This document shows positions 29,801 to 47,800 of a stretch of 64,000 bases of DNA, in pieces; the stretch's first letter is position 1; every line of letters begins with the position of its first letter. Position numbers and translations under genes: made by a program. This DNA comes from Eledone cirrhosa (lineage: Eukaryota). Where the stretch lies: contig OZ024741.1 of the NCBI GenBank assembly GCA_964016885.1, forward strand, positions 1-64,000. The letters are read 5' to 3'. Under the pieces are notes generated by a model that saw only the letters and a list, made by a program, of their open reading frames with translations, was not told the origin of the DNA and ran no database searches.

Positions 29801-32800
29801 AACACCAACAACAACAATAACACCAACAATAACACCAACAACAACAATAACACCAACAACAACAATAACACCAACAATAACACCAACACCAACAATAACA
29901 CCAACAATAACAATAACACCAACACCAACAATAACACCAACAACAACAATAATATCAACTACAACAATAACACCAACAACAACAATAACACCAACAATAA
30001 CACCAACAAAAACAATAACACCAACAACAACAATAACACCAACAATAACACCAACAACAACAATAACACCAACAACAACAATAACACCAACAATAACACC
30101 AACACCAACAATAACACCAACAATAACAATAACACCAACACCAACAATAACACCAACAACAACAATAACATCAACAACAACAATAACACCAACACCAACA
30201 ATAACACCAACAATAACACCAACAATAACACCAACAATAACACCAACAATAACACCAACACCAACAATAACACCAACAACAACAATAACACCAACACCAA
30301 CAATAACACCAACACCAACAATAACACCAACAATAACACCAACAACAACAATAACATCAACAACAACAATAACACCAACACCAACAATAACACCAACAAC
30401 AACAATAACGTCAACAACAACAATAACACCAACACCAACAATAACACCAACAACAACAATAACATCAACAACAACAATAACACTAACAACAACAATAACA
30501 CCAACAACAACTATAACACCAACAACAACAATAACACCAACAACAACAATAACATCAACACCAACAATAACACCAACAACAACAATAACACCAACAACAA
30601 CAATAACACCAACAACAACAATAACATCAACAACAACAATAACATCAACAACAATAACACCAACAATAACACCAACAACAACAATAACACCAACACCAAC
30701 AATAACACCAACACCAACAATAACACCAACAACAACAATAACACCAACACCAACAATAACACCAACACCAACAATAACACCAACAACAACAATAACAACA
30801 ACAACAACAATAACATCAACAACAACACCAACACCTCTAATAACATCAACAACAACAATAACACCAACACCAACAATAACACCAACAACAACAATAACAC
30901 CAATAACAACAATAACACCAACAACAACAATAACACCAACAACAACAATAACACCAACAATAACACCAACAACAACAATAACACCAACACCAACAATAAC
31001 ACCAACACCAACAATAACACCAACTCCAACAATAACACCAACAACAACAATAACACCAACAACAATAATAACACCAACAATAACACCAACAACAACAATA
31101 ACACCAACAACAACAATAACACCAACAACAACAATAACACCAACAACAACAATAACACCAACAATAACACCAACACCAACAATAACACCAACAACAACAA
31201 TAACACCAACAATAACACCAACACCAACAATAACACCAACACCAACAATAACACCAACAACAACAATAACACCAACAACAACAATAACACCAACACCAAC
31301 AATAACACCAACAACAACAATAACATCAACAACAACAATAACACCAACACCAACAATAACACCAACAACAACAATAACATCAACAACAACAATAACACCA
31401 ACACCAACAATAACACCAACAATAACACCAACAACAACAATAACATCAACAACAACAATAACACCAACACCAACAATAACACCAACAACAACAATAACAC
31501 CAACAACAACAATAACACCAACACCAACAATAACACCAACACCAACAATAACACCAACACCAACAATAACACCAACAACAACAATAACATCAACAACAAC
31601 AATAACATCAACACCAACAATAACACCAACAACAACAATAACATCAACACCAACAATAACACCAACAACAACAATAACACCAACAACAACAATAACACCA
31701 ACAACAACAATAACACCAACAACAACAATAACATCAACAACAACAATAACACCAACACCAACAATAACACCAACAACAACAATAACATCAACAACAACAA
31801 TAACACCAACACCAACAATAACACCAACAACAACAATAACACCAACAACAACAATAACACCAACACCAACAATAACACCAACACCAACAATAACACCAAC
31901 AACAACAATAACACCAACAACAACAATAACATTAACACCAACAATAACACCAACACCAACAATAACACCAACAACAACAATAACATCAACACCAACAATA
32001 ACACCAACAACAACAATAACACCAACACCAACAATAACACCAACACCAACAATAACACCAACAATAACACCAACAACAACAATAACATCAACAACAACAA
32101 TAACATCAACACCAACAATAACACCAACAACAACAATAACATCAACACCAACAATAACACCAACAACAACAATAACACCAACAACAACAATAACACCAAC
32201 ACCAACAATAACATCAACAACAACAATAACACCAACAACAACAATAACATCAACAACAACAATAACACCAACAACAACAATAACACCAACAACAACAATA
32301 ACACCAACACCAACAATAACACCAACACCAACAATAACACCAACAACAACAATAACACCAACAACAACAATAACACCAACATCAACAATAACACCAACAC
32401 CAACAATAACATCAACAACAACAATAACACCAACACCAACAATAACACCAACACCAACAATAACACCAACAACAACAATAACACCAACAACAACAATAAC
32501 ACCAACATCAACAATAACACCAACACCAACAATAACATCAACAACAACAATAACACCAACACCAACAATAACACCAACACCAACAATAACACCAACAACA
32601 ACAATAACACCAACAACAACAATAACACCAACATCAACAATAACATCAACAACAACAATAACATCAACACCAACAATAACACCAACAACAACAATAACAT
32701 TAACACCAACAATAACACCAACACCAACAATAACACCTACAACAACAATAACACCAACAACAACAATAACAACAACAACAACAATAACATCAACAACAAC

Positions 32801-35800
32801 AATAACATCAACAACAATAATAACACCAACAATAACACCAACAACAACAATAACACCAACAACAACAATAACACCAACAACAACAATAACACCAACAACA
32901 ACAATAACATCAACAACAACAATAACACCAACACCAACAATAACACCAACACCAACAATAACACCAACAACAACAATAACACCAACAACAACAATAACAT
33001 CAACACCACCAATAACACCAACAACAACAATAACATCAACACCAACAATAACACCAACAACAACAATAACACCAACAACAACAATAACACCAACACCAAC
33101 AATAACATCAACAACAACAATAACATCAACACCAACAATAACACCAACAACAACAATAACATTAACACCAACAATAACACCAACACCAACAATAACACCA
33201 ACAACAACAATAACATCAACACCAACAATAACACCAACAACAACAATAACATCAACACCAACAATAACACCAACACCAACAATAACACCAACAACAACAA
33301 TAACACCAACAACAACAATAACACCAACAACAACAATAACACCAACAACAACAATAACACCAACAACAACAATAACACCAACAACAACAATAACATCAAC
33401 AACAACAATAACATCAACAACAACAATAACACCAACAACAACAATAACACCAACAATAATACCAACAACAACAATAACACCTACAACAACAATAACACCA
33501 ACACCAACAATAACACCAACACCAACAATAACACCAACAACAACAATAACACCAACAACAACAATAACACCAACAACAACAATAACACCAACAGCAACAA
33601 TAACACCAACACCAACAATAACACCAACAACAACAATAACATCAACACCAACAATAACACCAACAACAACAATAACACCAACAACAACAATAACACCAAC
33701 AACAACAATAACACCTACAACAACAATAACACCAACAACAACAATAACACCAACAACAACAATAACATCAACAACAACAATAACATCAACAACAATAATA
33801 ACACCAACAATAACACCAACAACAACAATAACACCAACAACAACAATAACACCAACAACAACAATAACACCAACAACAACAATAACACCAACAATAACAC
33901 CAACACCAACAATAACACCAACAACAACAATAACACCAACAATAACACCAACACCAACAATAACACCAACAACAACAATAACACCAACAACAACAATAAC
34001 ACCAACAACAACAATAACACCAACACCAACAATAACACCAACAACAACAATAACACCAACACCAAAAATAACACCAACAACACCAATAACACCAACACCA
34101 ACAATAACACCAACAACAACAATAACACCAACAACAACACTAACACCAACAACAACAATAACATCAACAACAACAATAACACCAACACCAACAATAACAC
34201 CAACAACACCAATAACACCAACACCAACAATAACACCAACAACAATAATAACACCAACAATAACACCAACAACAACAATAACACCAACAACAACAATAAC
34301 ACCAACAACAACAATAACACCAACAACAACAATAACACGAACAATAACACCAACAACAACAATAACACCAACAATAACACCAACACCAACAATAACACCA
34401 ACACCAACAATAACACCAACAACAACAATAACACCAACACCAACAATAACACCAACAACAACAATAGCACCAACAACAACAATAACACCAACACCAACAA
34501 TAACACCAACAACAACAATAACATCAACAACAACAATAACACCAACACCAACAATAACACCAACAACAACAATAACATCAACAACAACAATAACACCAAC
34601 ACCAACAATAACACCAACAATAACACCAACAACAACAATAACATCAACAACAACAATAACACCAACAATAACACCAACAACAACAATAACACCAACAACA
34701 ACAATAACACCAACACCAACAATAACACCAACACCAACAATAACACCAACACCAACAATAACACCAACAACAACAATAACATCAACAACAACAATAACAT
34801 CAACACCAACAATAACACCAACAACAACAATAACATCAACACCAACAATAACACCAACAACAACAATAACACCAACAACAACAATAACACCAACACCAAC
34901 AATAACACCAACAACAACAATAACATCAACAACAACAATAACATCAACACCAACAATAACACCAACAACAACAATAACATCAACAACAACAATAACACCA
35001 ACACCAACAATAACACCAACAACAACAATAACACCAACAACAACAATAACACCAACACCAACAATAACACCAACACCAACAATAACACCAACAACAACAA
35101 TAACACCAACAACAACAATAACACCAACACCAACAATAACACCAACACCAACATTAACACCAACAATAACACCAACAACAACAATAACATCAACAACAAC
35201 GATAACATCAACACCAACAATAACACCAACAACAACAATAACATCAACACCAACAATAACACCTACAACAACAATAACACCAACAACAACAATAACACCA
35301 ACAACAACAATAACACCAACAATAACACCAACAACAACAATAACACCTACAACAACAATAACACCAACACCAACAATAACACCAACACCAACAATAACAC
35401 CAACAACAACAATAACACCAACAACAACAATAACACCAACAACAACAATAACACCAACACCAACAATAACACCAACACCAACAATAACACCAACACCAAC
35501 AATAACACCTACAACAACAATAACACCAACAACAACAATAACACCAACAACAACAATAACATCAACAACAACAATAACATCAACAACAATAATAACACCA
35601 ACAATAACACCAACAACAACAATAACACCAACAACAACAATAACACCAACAACAACAATAACACCAACAACAACAATAACACCAACACCAACAATAACAC
35701 CAACACCAACAATAACACCAACACCAACAATAACACCAACAACAACAATAACATCAACACCAACAATAACATCAACACCAACAATAACACCAACAACAAC

Positions 35801-38800
35801 AATAACATCAACACCAACAATAACACCAACAACAACAATAACACCAACACCAACAATAACACCAACAACAACAATAACATCAACAACAACAATAACATCA
35901 ACACCAACAATAACACCAACAACAACAATAACATCAACAACAACAATAACACCAACACCAACAATAACACCAACAACAACAATAACACCAACAACAACAA
36001 TAACACCAACACCAACAATAACACCAACACCAACAATAACACCAACAACAACAATAACACCAACAACAACAATAACACCAACACCAACAATAACACCAAC
36101 ACCAACATTAACACCAACAATAACACCAACAACAACAATAACATCAACAACAACGATAACATCAACACCAACAATAACACCAACAACAACAATAACATCA
36201 ACACCAACAATAACACCTACAACAACAATAACACCAACAACAACAATAACACCAACACCACCAATAACATCAACAACAACAATAACACCAACAATAACAC
36301 CAACAACAACGATAACATCAACAACAACAATAACATCAACACCAACAATAACACCAACAACAACAATAACATCAACACCAACAATAACACCAACACCAAC
36401 AATAACACCAACAACAACAATAACATCAACAACAACAATAACATCAACACCAACAATAACACCAACAACAACAATAACATCAACACCAACAATAACACCA
36501 ACACCAACAATAACACCAACAACAACAATAACATCAACACCAACAATAACACCAACAACAACAATAACATCAACAACAACAATAACACCAACACCAACAA
36601 TAACACCAACACCAACAATAACACCAACAACAACAATAACACCAACAACAACAATAACATCAACACCACCAATAACACCAACAACAACAATAACATCAAC
36701 AACAATAATAACACCAACAATAACACCAACAACAACAATAACACCAACAACAACAATAACACCAACAACAAGAATATCACCAACAATAACACCAACACCA
36801 ACAATAACACCAACAACAACAATAACACCAACAATAACACCAACACCAACAATAACACCAACAACAACAATAACACCAACAACAACAATAACACCAACAA
36901 CAACAATAACACCAACACCAACAATAACACCAACAACAACAATAACACCAACACCAACAATAACACCAACAACACCAATAACACCAACACCAACAATAAC
37001 ACCAACAACAACAATAACACCAACAACAACACTAACACCAACAACAACAATAACATCAACAACAACAATAACACCAACACCAACAATAACACCAACAACA
37101 CCAATAACACCAACACCAACAATAACACCAACAACAATAATAACACCAACAATAACACCAACAACAACAATAACACCAACAACAACAATAACACCAACAA
37201 CAACAATAACACCAACAACAACAATAACACCAACAATAACACCAACAACAACAATAACACCAACAATAACACCAACACCAACAATAACACCAACACCAAC
37301 AATAACACCAACAACAACAATAACACCAACACCAACAATAACACCAACAACAACAATAACACCAACAACAACAATAACACCAACACCAACAATAACACCA
37401 ACAACAACAATAACATCAACAACAACAATAACACCAACACCAACAATAACACCAACAACAACAATAACATCAACAACAACAATAACACCAACACCAACAA
37501 TAACACCAACAATAACACCAACAACAACAATAACATCAACAACAACAATAACACCAACACCAACAATAACACCAACAACAACAATAACACCAACAACAAC
37601 AATAACACCAACACCAACAATAACACCAACACCAACAATAACACCAACACCAACAATAACACCAACAACAACAATAACATCAACAACAACAATAACATCA
37701 ACACCAACAATAACACCAACAACAACAATAACATCAATACCAACAATAACACCAACAACAACAATAACACCAACAACAACAATAACACCAGCACCAACAA
37801 TAACACCAACAACAACAATAACATCAACAACAACAATAACACCAACACCAACAATAACACCAACAACAACAATAACATCAACAACAACAATAACACCAAC
37901 ACCAACAATAACACCAACAACAACAATAACACCAACAACAACAATAACACCAACACCAACAATAACACCAACACCAACAATAACACCAACAACAACAATA
38001 ACACCAACAACAACAATAATACCAACACCAACAATAACACCAACACCAACAATAACACCAACAATAACACCAACAACAACAATAACATCAACAACAACAA
38101 TAACATCAACACCAACAATAACACCAACAACAACAATAAGATCAACACCAACAATAACACCTACAACAACAATAACACCAACAACAACAATAACACCAAC
38201 ACCAACAATAACATCAACAACAACTATAACACCAACAACAACAATAACATCAACAACAACAATAATACCTACAACAACAATAACACCAACAACAACAATA
38301 ACACCAACACCAACAATAACACCAACACCAACAATAACACCAACAATAACACCAACAACAACAATAACATCAACAACAACAATAACATCAACACCAACAA
38401 TAACACCAACAACAACAATAACATCAACACCAACAATAACACCAACAACAACAATAACATCAACAACAACAATAACACCAACACCAACAATAACACCAAC
38501 AATAACACCAACAACAACAATTACATCAACAACAACAATAACACCAACAATAACACCAACAACAACAATAACACCAACAACAACAATAACACCAACACCA
38601 ACAATAACACCAACACCAACAATAACACCAACACCAACAATAACACCAACAACAACAATAACATCAACACCAACAATAACATCAACACCAACAATAACAC
38701 CAACAACAACAATAACATCAACACCAACAATAACACCAACAACAACAATAACACCAACACCAACAATAACACCAACAACAACAATAACATCAACAACAAC

Positions 38801-41800
38801 AATAACATCAACACCAACAATAACACCAACAACAACAATAACATCAACAACAACAATAACACCAACACCAACAATAACACCAACAACAACAATAACACCA
38901 ACAACAACAATAACACCAACACCAACAATAACACCAACACCAACAATAACACCAACAACAACAATAACACCAACAACAACAATAACACCAACACCAACAA
39001 TAACACCAACACCAACATTAACACCAACAATAACACCAACAACAACAATAACATCAACAACAACGATAACATCAACACCAACAATAACACCAACAACAAC
39101 AATAACATCAACACCAACAATAACACCTACAACAACAATAACACCAACAACAACAATAACACCAACACCACCAATAACATCAACAACAACAATAACACCA
39201 ACAATAACACCAACAACAACGATAACATCAACAACAACAATAACATCAACACCAACAATAACACCAACAACAACAATAACATCAACACCAACAATAACAC
39301 CAACACCAACAATAACACCAACAACAACAATAACATCAACAACAACAATAACATCAACACCAACAATAACACCAACAACAACAATAACATCAACACCAAC
39401 AATAACACCAACACCAACAATAACACCAACAACAACAATAACATCAACACCAACAATAACACCAACAACAACAATAACATCAACAACAACAATAACACCA
39501 ACACCAACAATAACACCAACACCAACAATAACACCAACAACAACAATAACACCAACAACAACAATAACATCAACACCACCTATAACACCAACAACAACAA
39601 TAACATCAACAACAATAATAACACCAACAATAACACCAACAACAACAATAACACCAACAACAACAATAACACCAACAACAAGAATATCACCAGCAATAAC
39701 ACCAACACCAACAATAACACCAACAACAACAATAACACCAACAATAACACCAACACCAACAATAACACCAACAACAACAATAACACCAACAACAACAATA
39801 ACACCAACAACAACAATAACACCAACACCAACAATAACACCAACAACAACAATAACACCAACACCAACAATAACACCAACAACACCAATAACACCAACAC
39901 CAACAATAACACCAACAACAACAATAACACCAACAACAACACTAACACCAACAACAACAATAACATCAACAACAACAATAACACCAACACCAACAATAAC
40001 ACCAACAACACCAATAACACCAACACCAACAATAACACCAACAACAATAATAACACCAACAATAACACCAACAACAACAATAACACCAACAACAACAATA
40101 ACACCAACAACAACAATAACACCAACAACAACAATAACACCAACAATAACACCAACAACAACAATAACACCAACAATAACACCAACACCAACAATAACAC
40201 CAACACCAACAATAACACCAACAACAACAATAACACCAACACCAACAATAACACCAACAACAACAATAACACCAACAACAACAATAACACCAACACCAAC
40301 AATAACACCAACAACAACAATAACATCAACAACAACAATAACACCAACACCAACAATAACACCAACAACAACAATAACATCAACAACAACAATAACACCA
40401 ACACCAACAATAACACCAACAATAACACCAACAACAACAATAACATCAACAACAACAATAACACCAACACCAACAATAACACCAACAACAACAATAACAC
40501 CAACAACAACAATAACACCAACACCAACAATAACACCAACACCAACAATAACACCAACACCAACAATAACACCAACAACAACAATAACATCAACAACAAC
40601 AATAACATCAACACCAACAATAACACCAACAACAACAATAACATCAACACCAACAATAACACCAACAACAACAATAACACCAACAACAACAATAACACCA
40701 GCACCAACAATAACACCAACAACAACAATAACATCAACAACAACAATAACACCAACACCAACAATAACACCAACAACAACAATAACATCAACAACAACAA
40801 TAACACCAACACCAACAATAACACCAACAACAACAATAACACCAACAACAACAATAACACCAACACCAACAATAACACCAACACCAACAATAACACCAAC
40901 AACAACAATAACACCAACAACAACAATAACACCAACACCAACAATAACACCAACACCAACAATAACACCAACAATAACACCAACAACAACAATAACATCA
41001 ACAACAACAATAACATCAACACCAACAATAACACCAACAACAACAATAACATCAACACCAACAATAACACCTACAACAACAATAACACCAACAACAACAA
41101 TAACACCAACACCAACAATAACATCAACAACAACTATAACACCAACAACAACAATAACATCAACAACAACAATAATACCTACAACAACAATAACACCAAC
41201 AACAACAATAACACCAACACCAACAATAACACCAACACCAACAATAACACCAACAATAACACCAACAACAACAATAACATCAACAACAACAATAACATCA
41301 ACACCAACAATAACACCAACAACAACAATAACATCAACACCAACAATAACACCAACAACAACAATAACACCAACAACAACAATAACATCAACACCAACAA
41401 TAACACCAACACCAACAATAACACCAACAACAACAATAACATCAACAACAACAATAACATCAACACCAACAATAACACCAACAACAACAATAACATCAAC
41501 ACCAACAATAACACCAACACCAACAATAACACCAACAACAACAATAACATCAACACCAACAATAACACCAACAACAACAATAACATCAACAACAACAATA
41601 ACACCAACACCAACAATAACACCAGCACCAACAATAACACCAACAACAAAAATAACACCAACAACAACAATAACATCAACACCACCAATAACACCAACAA
41701 CAACAATAACATCAACACCAACAATAACACCAACAACAACAATAACACCAACAACAACAATAACACCAACACCAACAATAACATCAACAACAACAATAAC

Positions 41801-44800
41801 ATCAACACCAACAATAACACCAACAACAACAATAACATCAACACCAACAATAACACCAACACCAACAATAACACCAACAACAACAATAACATCAACACCA
41901 ACAATAACACCAACACCAACAATAACACCAACAACAACAATAACATCAACACCACCAATAACACCAACAACAACAATAACATCAACACCAACAATAACAC
42001 CAACAACAACAATAACATCAACACCAACAATAACACCAACAACAACAATAACACCAACACCAACAATAACACCAACAACAACAATAATACCAACAACAAC
42101 AATAACACCAACACCAACAATAACACTAACACCAACAATAACACCAACAATAACACCAACACCAACAATAACACCTACAACAATAACACCAACAACAACA
42201 ATAACACCAACAACAACAATAACACCAACAACAACAATAACATCAACAACAACAATAACATCAACAACAACAATAACACCAACAATAACACCAACACCAA
42301 CAATAACACTAACAACAACAATAACACCAACACCAATAATAACACCAACAACAACAATAACACCAACACCAACAATAACACCAACGCCAACAATAACACC
42401 AACAACAACAATAACACCAACACCAACAATAACACCAACAACAACAATAACATCAACACCAACAATAACACCAACACCAACAATAACACCAACAACAACA
42501 ATAACACCAACAACAACAATAACACCAACAACAACAATAACACCAACACCAACAATAACACCAACAACAACAATAACACCAACAATAACACCAACACCAA
42601 CAATAACACCAACAACAACAATAACACCAACACCAACAATAACACCAACACCAACAATAACACCAACAACAACAATAACGTCAACACCAACAATAACACC
42701 AACACCAACAATAACACCAACAACAACAATAACACCAACAACAACAATAACACCAACACCAACAATAACACCAACAACAACAATAACACCAACAATAACA
42801 CCAACACCAACAATAACACCAACAACAACAATAACACCAACACCAACAATAACACCAACACCAACAATAACACCAACAACAACAATAACACCAACACCAA
42901 CAATAACACCAACAACAACAATAACACCAACAACAACAATAACACCAACACCAACAATAACACCAACAACAACAATAACACCAACAATAACACCAACACC
43001 AACAATAACACCAACACCAACAATAACACCAACAACAACAATAACATCAACACCAACAATAACACCAACACCAACAATAACACCAACAACAACAATAACA
43101 CCAACAACAACAATAACACCAACACCAACAATAACACCAACACCAACAATAACACCAACAATAACACCAACACCAACAATAACACCAACAACAACAATAA
43201 CACCAACACCAACAATAACACCAACACCAACAATAACACCAACAACAACAATAACACCAACACCAACAATAACACCAACAACAACAATAACATCAACAAC
43301 AACAATAACAACAACAATAACACCAACAACAACAATAACACCAACAACAACAATAACACCAACAACAACAATAACACCAACACCTACAATAACACCAACA
43401 ACAACAATAACATCAACAACAACAATAACATCAACAACAACAATAACATCAACAACAACAATAACATCAACAACAACACCAACACCAACAATATCACCAA
43501 CAACAACAATAACACCAACACCAACAATAACACCAACAACAACAATAACACCAACAACAACAATAACACCAACAATAACACCAACAACAACAATAACATC
43601 AACAACAACACCAACACCAACAATAACACCAACAACAACAATAACACCAACACCAACAATAACACCAACAACAACAATAACACAAACAACAACAATAACA
43701 CCAACAATAACACCAACGACAACAATAACACCAACAACCACAATAACACCAACAACCACAATAACACCAACAACAACAATAACACCAACAACAACAATAA
43801 CACCAACAACAACAATAACACCAACAACAACAATAACACCAACAACCACAATAACACCAAGAACAACAATAACACCAACAACAACAATAACACCAACAAC
43901 AACAATAACACCAACAACAACAATAACACCAAGAACAACAATAACAACAACAACAACAATAACACCAACAATAACACCAACAACAACAATAACACCAACA
44001 ACAACAATAACACCAACAATAACACCAACAACAACAATTACACCAACAACAACAATAACACCAACAATAACACCAACACCAACAATAACACCAACAATAA
44101 CAATAACACCAACACCAACAATAACACCAACAACAACAATAACATCAACAACAACAATAACACCAACACCAACAATAACACCAACAATAACACCAACAAT
44201 AACACCAACAATAACACCAACAATAACACCAACACCAACAATAACACCAACAACAACAATAACACCAACACCAACAATAACACCAACACCAACAATAACA
44301 CCAACAATAACACCAACAACAACAATAACATCAACAACAACAATAACACCAACACCAACAATAACACCAACAACAACAATAACGTCAACAACAACAATAA
44401 CACCAACACCAACAATAACACCAACAACAACAATAACATCAACAACAACAATAACACCAACAACAACAATAACACCAACAACAACAATAACACCAACATC
44501 AACAATAACACCAACAACAACAATAACATCAACAACAACAATAACACCAACACCAACAATAACACCAACACCAACAATAACACCAACAACAACAATAACA
44601 CCAACAACAACAATAACACCAACAACAACAATAACATCAACAACAACAATAACATCAACAACAACAATAACACCAACAATAACACCAACAACAACAATAA
44701 CACCAACACCAACAATAACACCAACACCAACAATAACACCAACAACAACAATAACACCAACACCAACAATAACACCAACACCAACAATAACACCAACAAC

Positions 44801-47800
44801 AACAATAACAACAACAACAACAATAACATCAACAACAACACCAACACCTCTAATAACATCAACAACAACAATAACACCAACACCAACAATAACACCAACA
44901 ACAACAATAACACCAATAACAACAATAACACCAACAACAACAATAACACCAACAACAACAATAACACCAACAATAACACCAACAACAACAATAACATCAG
45001 CACCAACAATAACACCAACACCAACAATAACACCAACACCAACAATAACACCAACAACAACAATAACACCAACAACAACAATAACACCAACAACAACAAT
45101 AACATCAACAACAATAACACCAACAACAACAATAACACCAACAATAACACCAACAATAACACCAACAACAACAATAACACCAACAACAACAATAACACCA
45201 ACAACAACAATAACACCAACAACAACAATAACATCAACACCACCAATAACACCAACAACAACAATAACATCAACACCAACAATAACACCAACAACAACAA
45301 TAACACCAACAACAACAATAACATCAACAACAACAATAACATCAACACCAACAATAACACCAACAACAACAATAACATCAACACCAACAATAACACCAAC
45401 ACCAACAATAACACCAACAACAACAATAACATCAACACCAACAATAACACCAACAACAACAATAACATCAACAACAACAATAACACCAACACCAACAATA
45501 ACACCAACACCAACAATAACACCAACAACAAAAATAACACCAACAACAACAATAACATCAACACCACCAATAACACCAACAACAACAATAACATCAACAC
45601 CAACAATAACACCAACAACAACAATAACACCAACAACAACAATAACACCAACACCAACAATAACATCAACAACAACAATAACATCAACACCAACAATAAC
45701 ACCAACAACAACAATAACATCAACACCAACAATAACACCAACACCAACAATAACACCAACAACAACAATAACATCAACACCAACAATAACACCAACACCA
45801 ACAATAACACCAACAACAACAATAACATCAACACCACCAATAACACCAACAACAACAATAACATCAACACCAACAATAACACCAACAACAACAATAACAT
45901 CAACACCAACAATAACACCAACAACAACAATAACACCAACACCAACAATAACACCAACAACAACAATAATACCAACAACAACAATAACACCAACACCAAC
46001 AATAACACTAACACCAACAATAACACCAACAATAACACCAACACCAACAATAACACCTACAACAATAACACCAACAACAACAATAACACCAACAACAACA
46101 ATAACACCAACAACAACAATAACATCAACAACAACAATAACATCAACAACAACAATAACACCAACAATAACACCAACACCAACAATAACACTAACAACAA
46201 CAATAACACCAACACCAATAATAACACCAACAACAACAATAACACCAACACCAACAATAACACCAACGCCAACAATAACACCAACAACAACAATAACACC
46301 AACACCAACAATAACACCAACAACAACAATAACATCAACACCAACAATAACACCAACACCAACAATAACACCAACAACAACAATAACACCAACAACAACA
46401 ATAACACCAACAACAACAATAACACCAACACCAACAATAACACCAACAACAACAATAACACCAACAATAACACCAACACCAACAATAACACCAACAACAA
46501 CAATAACACCAACACCAACAATAACACCAACACCAACAATAACACCAACAACAACAATAACGTCAACACCAACAATAACACCAACACCAACAATAACACC
46601 AACAACAACAATAACACCAACAACAACAATAACACCAACACCAACAATAACACCAACAACAACAATAACACCAACAATAACACCAACACCAACAATAACA
46701 CCAACAACAACAATAACACCAACACCAACAATAACACCAACACCAACAATAACACCAACAATAACACCAACAACAACAATAACATCAACAACAACAATAA
46801 CACCAACACCAACAATAACACCAACAACAACAATAACGTCAACAACAACAATAACACCAACACCAACAATAACACCAACAACAACAATAACATCAACAAC
46901 AACAATAACACCAACAACAACAATAACACCAACAACAACAATAACACCAACATCAACAATAACACCAACAACAACAATAACATCAACAACAACAATAACA
47001 CCAACACCAACAATAACACCAACACCAACAATAACACCAACAACAACAATAACACCAACAACAACAATAACACCAACAACAACAATAACATCAACAACAA
47101 CAATAACATCAACAACAACAATAACACCAACAATAACACCAACAACAACAATAACACCAACACCAACAATAACACCAACACCAACAATAACACCAACAAC
47201 AACAATAACACCAACACCAACAATAACACCAACACCAACAATAACACCAACAACAACAATAACAACAACAACAACAATAACATCAACAACAACACCAACA
47301 CCTCTAATAACATCAACAACAACAATAACACCAACACCAACAATAACACCAACAACAACAATAACACCAATAACAACAATAACACCAACAACAACAATAA
47401 CACCAACAACAACAATAACACCAACAATAACACCAACAACAACAATAACATCAGCACCAACAATAACACCAACACCAACAATAACACCAACACCAACAAT
47501 AACACCAACAACAACAATAACACCAACAACAACAATAACACCAACAACAACAATAACATCAACAACAATAACACCAACAACAACAATAACACCAACAATA
47601 ACACCAACAATAACACCAACAACAACAATAACACCAACAACAACAATAACACCAACAACAACAATAACACCAACAACAACAATAACATCAACACCACCAA
47701 TAACACCAACAACAACAATAACATCAACACCAACAATAACACCAACAACAACAATAACACCAACAACAACAATAACATCAACAACAACAATAACATCAAC